IMG/VR virus record: IMGVR_UViG_3300029787_000051
Span: 1 to 57,569 of that record
DNA from: a virus
Lineage: Duplodnaviria > Caudoviricetes
Length of the DNA stretch: 57,569 nt
Direction: 5' to 3' (one strand)
Shown here: positions 55,921 to 57,569 of the stretch, one piece after another
Layout: every line of letters begins with the position of its first letter
How positions within the stretch are numbered: the stretch's first letter is position 1
Notes under the pieces: generated by a model
What the model saw: only the letters and a program-made list of their open reading frames with translations
Databases searched by the model: none
Told to the model about the DNA's origin: nothing
Translations under genes and position numbers: made by a program

Positions 55921-56011
55921 GGAAGGCACGGCTGGTGTATGTAATGTCCCTAGAACATTGCAGGTCTACTAGGGTAGGCTAACGCAGGGTTCAATTCCCT
56001 GCCCTTCCACC
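55921..56011 (+). ncRNA. Non-canonical tRNA-like RNA (CUA at anticodon position, long variable arm)
   Basis: GGAAGG/CCTTCC-A-CC acceptor; GCAGGG-TTCAATT-CCCTGC T arm; 8-bp arm with loop CCCTAGA; 7-bp variable arm. Confidence 0.7.
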
Positions 56012-56038
56012 TTAATACATTTTAACGGAGTTAATTAA

Positions 56039-56203
56039 ATGAAACGTTCAGTTCGCAAGGCAAGCAAACGCCGCAATGTCATGGCACATGCTTTGGAAAA
56101 CCGTGCGTTTCAACAACGTGTTGTCCAGCCTGACAAGGGCAAGGGCGCATTCAACAGGCAGAAGGAAAAGGCCAGTGTCAAAAAAGAAATCGACAACGTT
56201 TAA
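56039..56203 (+). CDS. arfA: ArfA-like alternative ribosome-rescue factor, 54 aa, not in ORF track
   Basis: NVMAHALENRAFQQRVVQPDKGKGAFNRQK matches ArfA N....L....FRQRV....KGKGSY.R; GGAG SD. Confidence 0.72.
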   Translation: MKRSVRKASKRRNVMAHALENRAFQQRVVQPDKGKGAFNRQKEKASVKKEIDNV

Positions 56204-56324
56204 CGTTAATCAGAAACGTCTTGACCGTAGTGATTACCGTATGCTACGAAAGGCACGTGATATGCAGCGCAAGAAATTGCGTAAAGCAAAACAGAAAATT
56301 CAATCGTTAACAATCGGAGCGTGA
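56175..56324 (+). CDS. Small basic protein
   Basis: GTG 56175 with AAGGA upstream; 3' part of track ORF 56076-56324. Confidence 0.55.
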   Translation: MSKKKSTTFNVNQKRLDRSDYRMLRKARDMQRKKLRKAKQKIQSLTIGA

Positions 56325-56325
56325 C

Positions 56326-56523
56326 ATGCAAGCTACCTATAAAAATCCTGCCATCGAATCACTGCTGACCAGTATCACTGGTCGTGATCGTGTCGCTACT
56401 GTTGCAAGCAACACTTGCGTAACATGTGACGGTGCTGCTGATACCTTCAAAGATGAGGGATCAAAGCGTGAGTATGCTATCTCTGGCATGTGCCAATCCT
56501 GTCAGGATAGCGTGTTTGGATAG
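56326..56523 (+). CDS. Small zinc-finger protein
   Basis: CVTC...F.DE.S.REY.ISGMCQSCQD.VF; GGAG SD. Confidence 0.8.
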   Translation: MQATYKNPAIESLLTSITGRDRVATVASNTCVTCDGAADTFKDEGSKREYAISGMCQSCQDSVFG

Positions 56524-56537
56524 GTCCAACGTTGGAC
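56524..56537. promoter_or_regulatory. Palindrome GTCCAACGTTGGAC
   Basis: Directly after a TAG stop, upstream of the next SD. Confidence 0.75.
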
Positions 56538-56561
56538 TAACACTTTAACGGAGTTAATCTT

Positions 56562-56837
56562 ATGGCTACTGAAATGAATAACGTAGTTGTTACCCATAGA
56601 GGGTGGACTATTAGTATCACTGACCACATTGGCTTTGGTATACATGGTCCTGATTGCAAGACACGTGAGATCGGTATCTGGAATACTGCTGATAGCCATT
56701 CCGAAATTGATGTTGTCGTATATCATTACGGTGATAGTGCGAAGCAATTGGTACATGCAATTCGCTACGCTCAATGGCAAATCGACAAGACTCTTTTCAA
56801 GAGTTGGATCAAATCAACATTCAAGTTTGGAGCCTGA
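56562..56837 (+). CDS. Hypothetical protein
   Basis: GGAG SD. Confidence 0.75.
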   Translation: MATEMNNVVVTHRGWTISITDHIGFGIHGPDCKTREIGIWNTADSHSEIDVVVYHYGDSAKQLVHAIRYAQWQIDKTLFKSWIKSTFKFGA

Positions 56838-56840
56838 CCT

Positions 56841-57470
56841 ATGCCTAAATCCCCAGTACATATCAGCAAGATGACAGGCAAGCTGGATAGCTTGCGGTCT
56901 ATCAGTACCAACACCGTGACCAACAAGTTTTGCAATGACATGCACAACGCAAAGGCTGAGACTATATGCAAAGTGTGCTACTCTCACGCTATGCTCAATG
57001 GCTTTCGTAAGAATTGCCAAGCATCATTGCAACGCAATAGCGATTTGCTTTCCAAGCAAGTGCTATCGGTTGATGAGTTACCCGTTATCAAAGATAAGGT
57101 GTTCCGTTTCAATGCTCACGGTGAGCTACTCAACATGCGGCACCTACTTAATCTCATTGCCATCGTGCGGCACAATCCTGACACGCTGTTCACGTTGTGG
57201 ACTAAGCGCAAGGATTTGATTAACCGCCTGTTCAAGTATGAGCTATCGGAGAAACCCGATAACATGATACTGATCTTCTCTAACCCGAAGGTTAGTAACA
57301 TCATCCCCGAACATAAAATGCCAAAGCATTTTGACAAGACGTTCAACAACGTGCTTGAGCATGAGGCTGTGCCGTATCAGAACTGCACGGGACAACAATG
57401 CAAGGATTGCCTGTTGTGCTACACTCACGGGACCACTCCAACTATCGTTGAAAAGGTAAAGGCATATTGA
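56841..57470 (+). CDS. Gp88-like Cys-rich (Fe-S/Zn) phage protein
   Basis: C...ICKVCYS, FRFNAHGEL, LWTKR, C....C..C..CY. Confidence 0.7.
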   Translation: MPKSPVHISKMTGKLDSLRSISTNTVTNKFCNDMHNAKAETICKVCYSHAMLNGFRKNCQASLQRNSDLLSKQVLSVDELPVIKDKVFRFNAHGELLNMRHLLNLIAIVRHNPDTLFTLWTKRKDLINRLFKYELSEKPDNMILIFSNPKVSNIIPEHKMPKHFDKTFNNVLEHEAVPYQNCTGQQCKDCLLCYTHGTTPTIVEKVKAY

Positions 57471-57569
57471 TATGAAAAGAATTGTCCATGTTAATCAACA
57501 TGTTATCAAAGCTAACCGTAGGTATTACGAGGAAAAGCCCCCGCTTACTTGTAAGACCTACAAGGATAC
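57438..57569. repeat. Right copy of the 132-bp end overlap
   Basis: Matches 1-132 with 5 mismatches. Confidence 0.95.

Noticed and set aside
55948-55954. Genome-wide amber recoding implied by the CUA loop
   Set aside because: TAG ends several genes cleanly at the next gene's start (for example 4957, 5735, 22113), and core genes are uninterrupted in the standard code.
56076-56174. 5' half of track ORF 56076-56324
   Set aside because: It overlaps the better supported ArfA-like frame; GTG 56175 is the likelier start.
54303-56537. Palindrome and hairpin repeats as a CRISPR array
   Set aside because: Spacing is irregular (hundreds of bp, containing genes) and there is no cas operon; the Cas4-like gene sits in the replication module as a typical phage exonuclease.
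57438-57569. Biological direct terminal repeat
   Set aside because: It falls across coding genes mid-operon and the copies differ by synonymous SNPs; assembly overlap explains it better.

Overview
The window is an apparently complete dsDNA phage genome, circularly permuted by assembly. The unit length is about 57,437 bp, with a 132-bp end overlap carrying 5 synonymous mismatches. It is an HMO-2011-type marine podovirus: family A DNA polymerase with a DnaJ-type CxxCxGxG insert, tyrosine integrase next to split primase and helicase, class II RNR, and no recognisable RNA polymerase. The PstS type points to an alphaproteobacterial host (inference). There are two divergent arms. The + strand early/replication arm runs from about 54.3 kb through the window end and on from 1 to 16.76 kb. 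The - strand packaging/structural/lysis arm runs from 53.9 kb down to 16.9 kb and is driven by two interleaved consensus sigma70 promoters. The most unusual signal is the start of the early arm. It is tiled with short triloop hairpins, many with C-GNA-G loops and many inside ORFs. It also has four long bulged hairpins with a conserved tandem-GA cap, six copies of the palindrome GTCCAACGTTGGAC, and a non-canonical tRNA-like RNA (CUA loop, kissing-loop complement) directly upstream of an unannotated ArfA-like gene. Other notable items: an FtsZ C-terminal-peptide mimic, an Rmf-like protein, a shared [FYM]xxGG peptide motif plus a GEFV-domain protein at the prohead-protease position, structured scaffold and capsid leaders, and a circularly permuted MAM domain. 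All protein calls come from motif recognition by eye; no searches were run.
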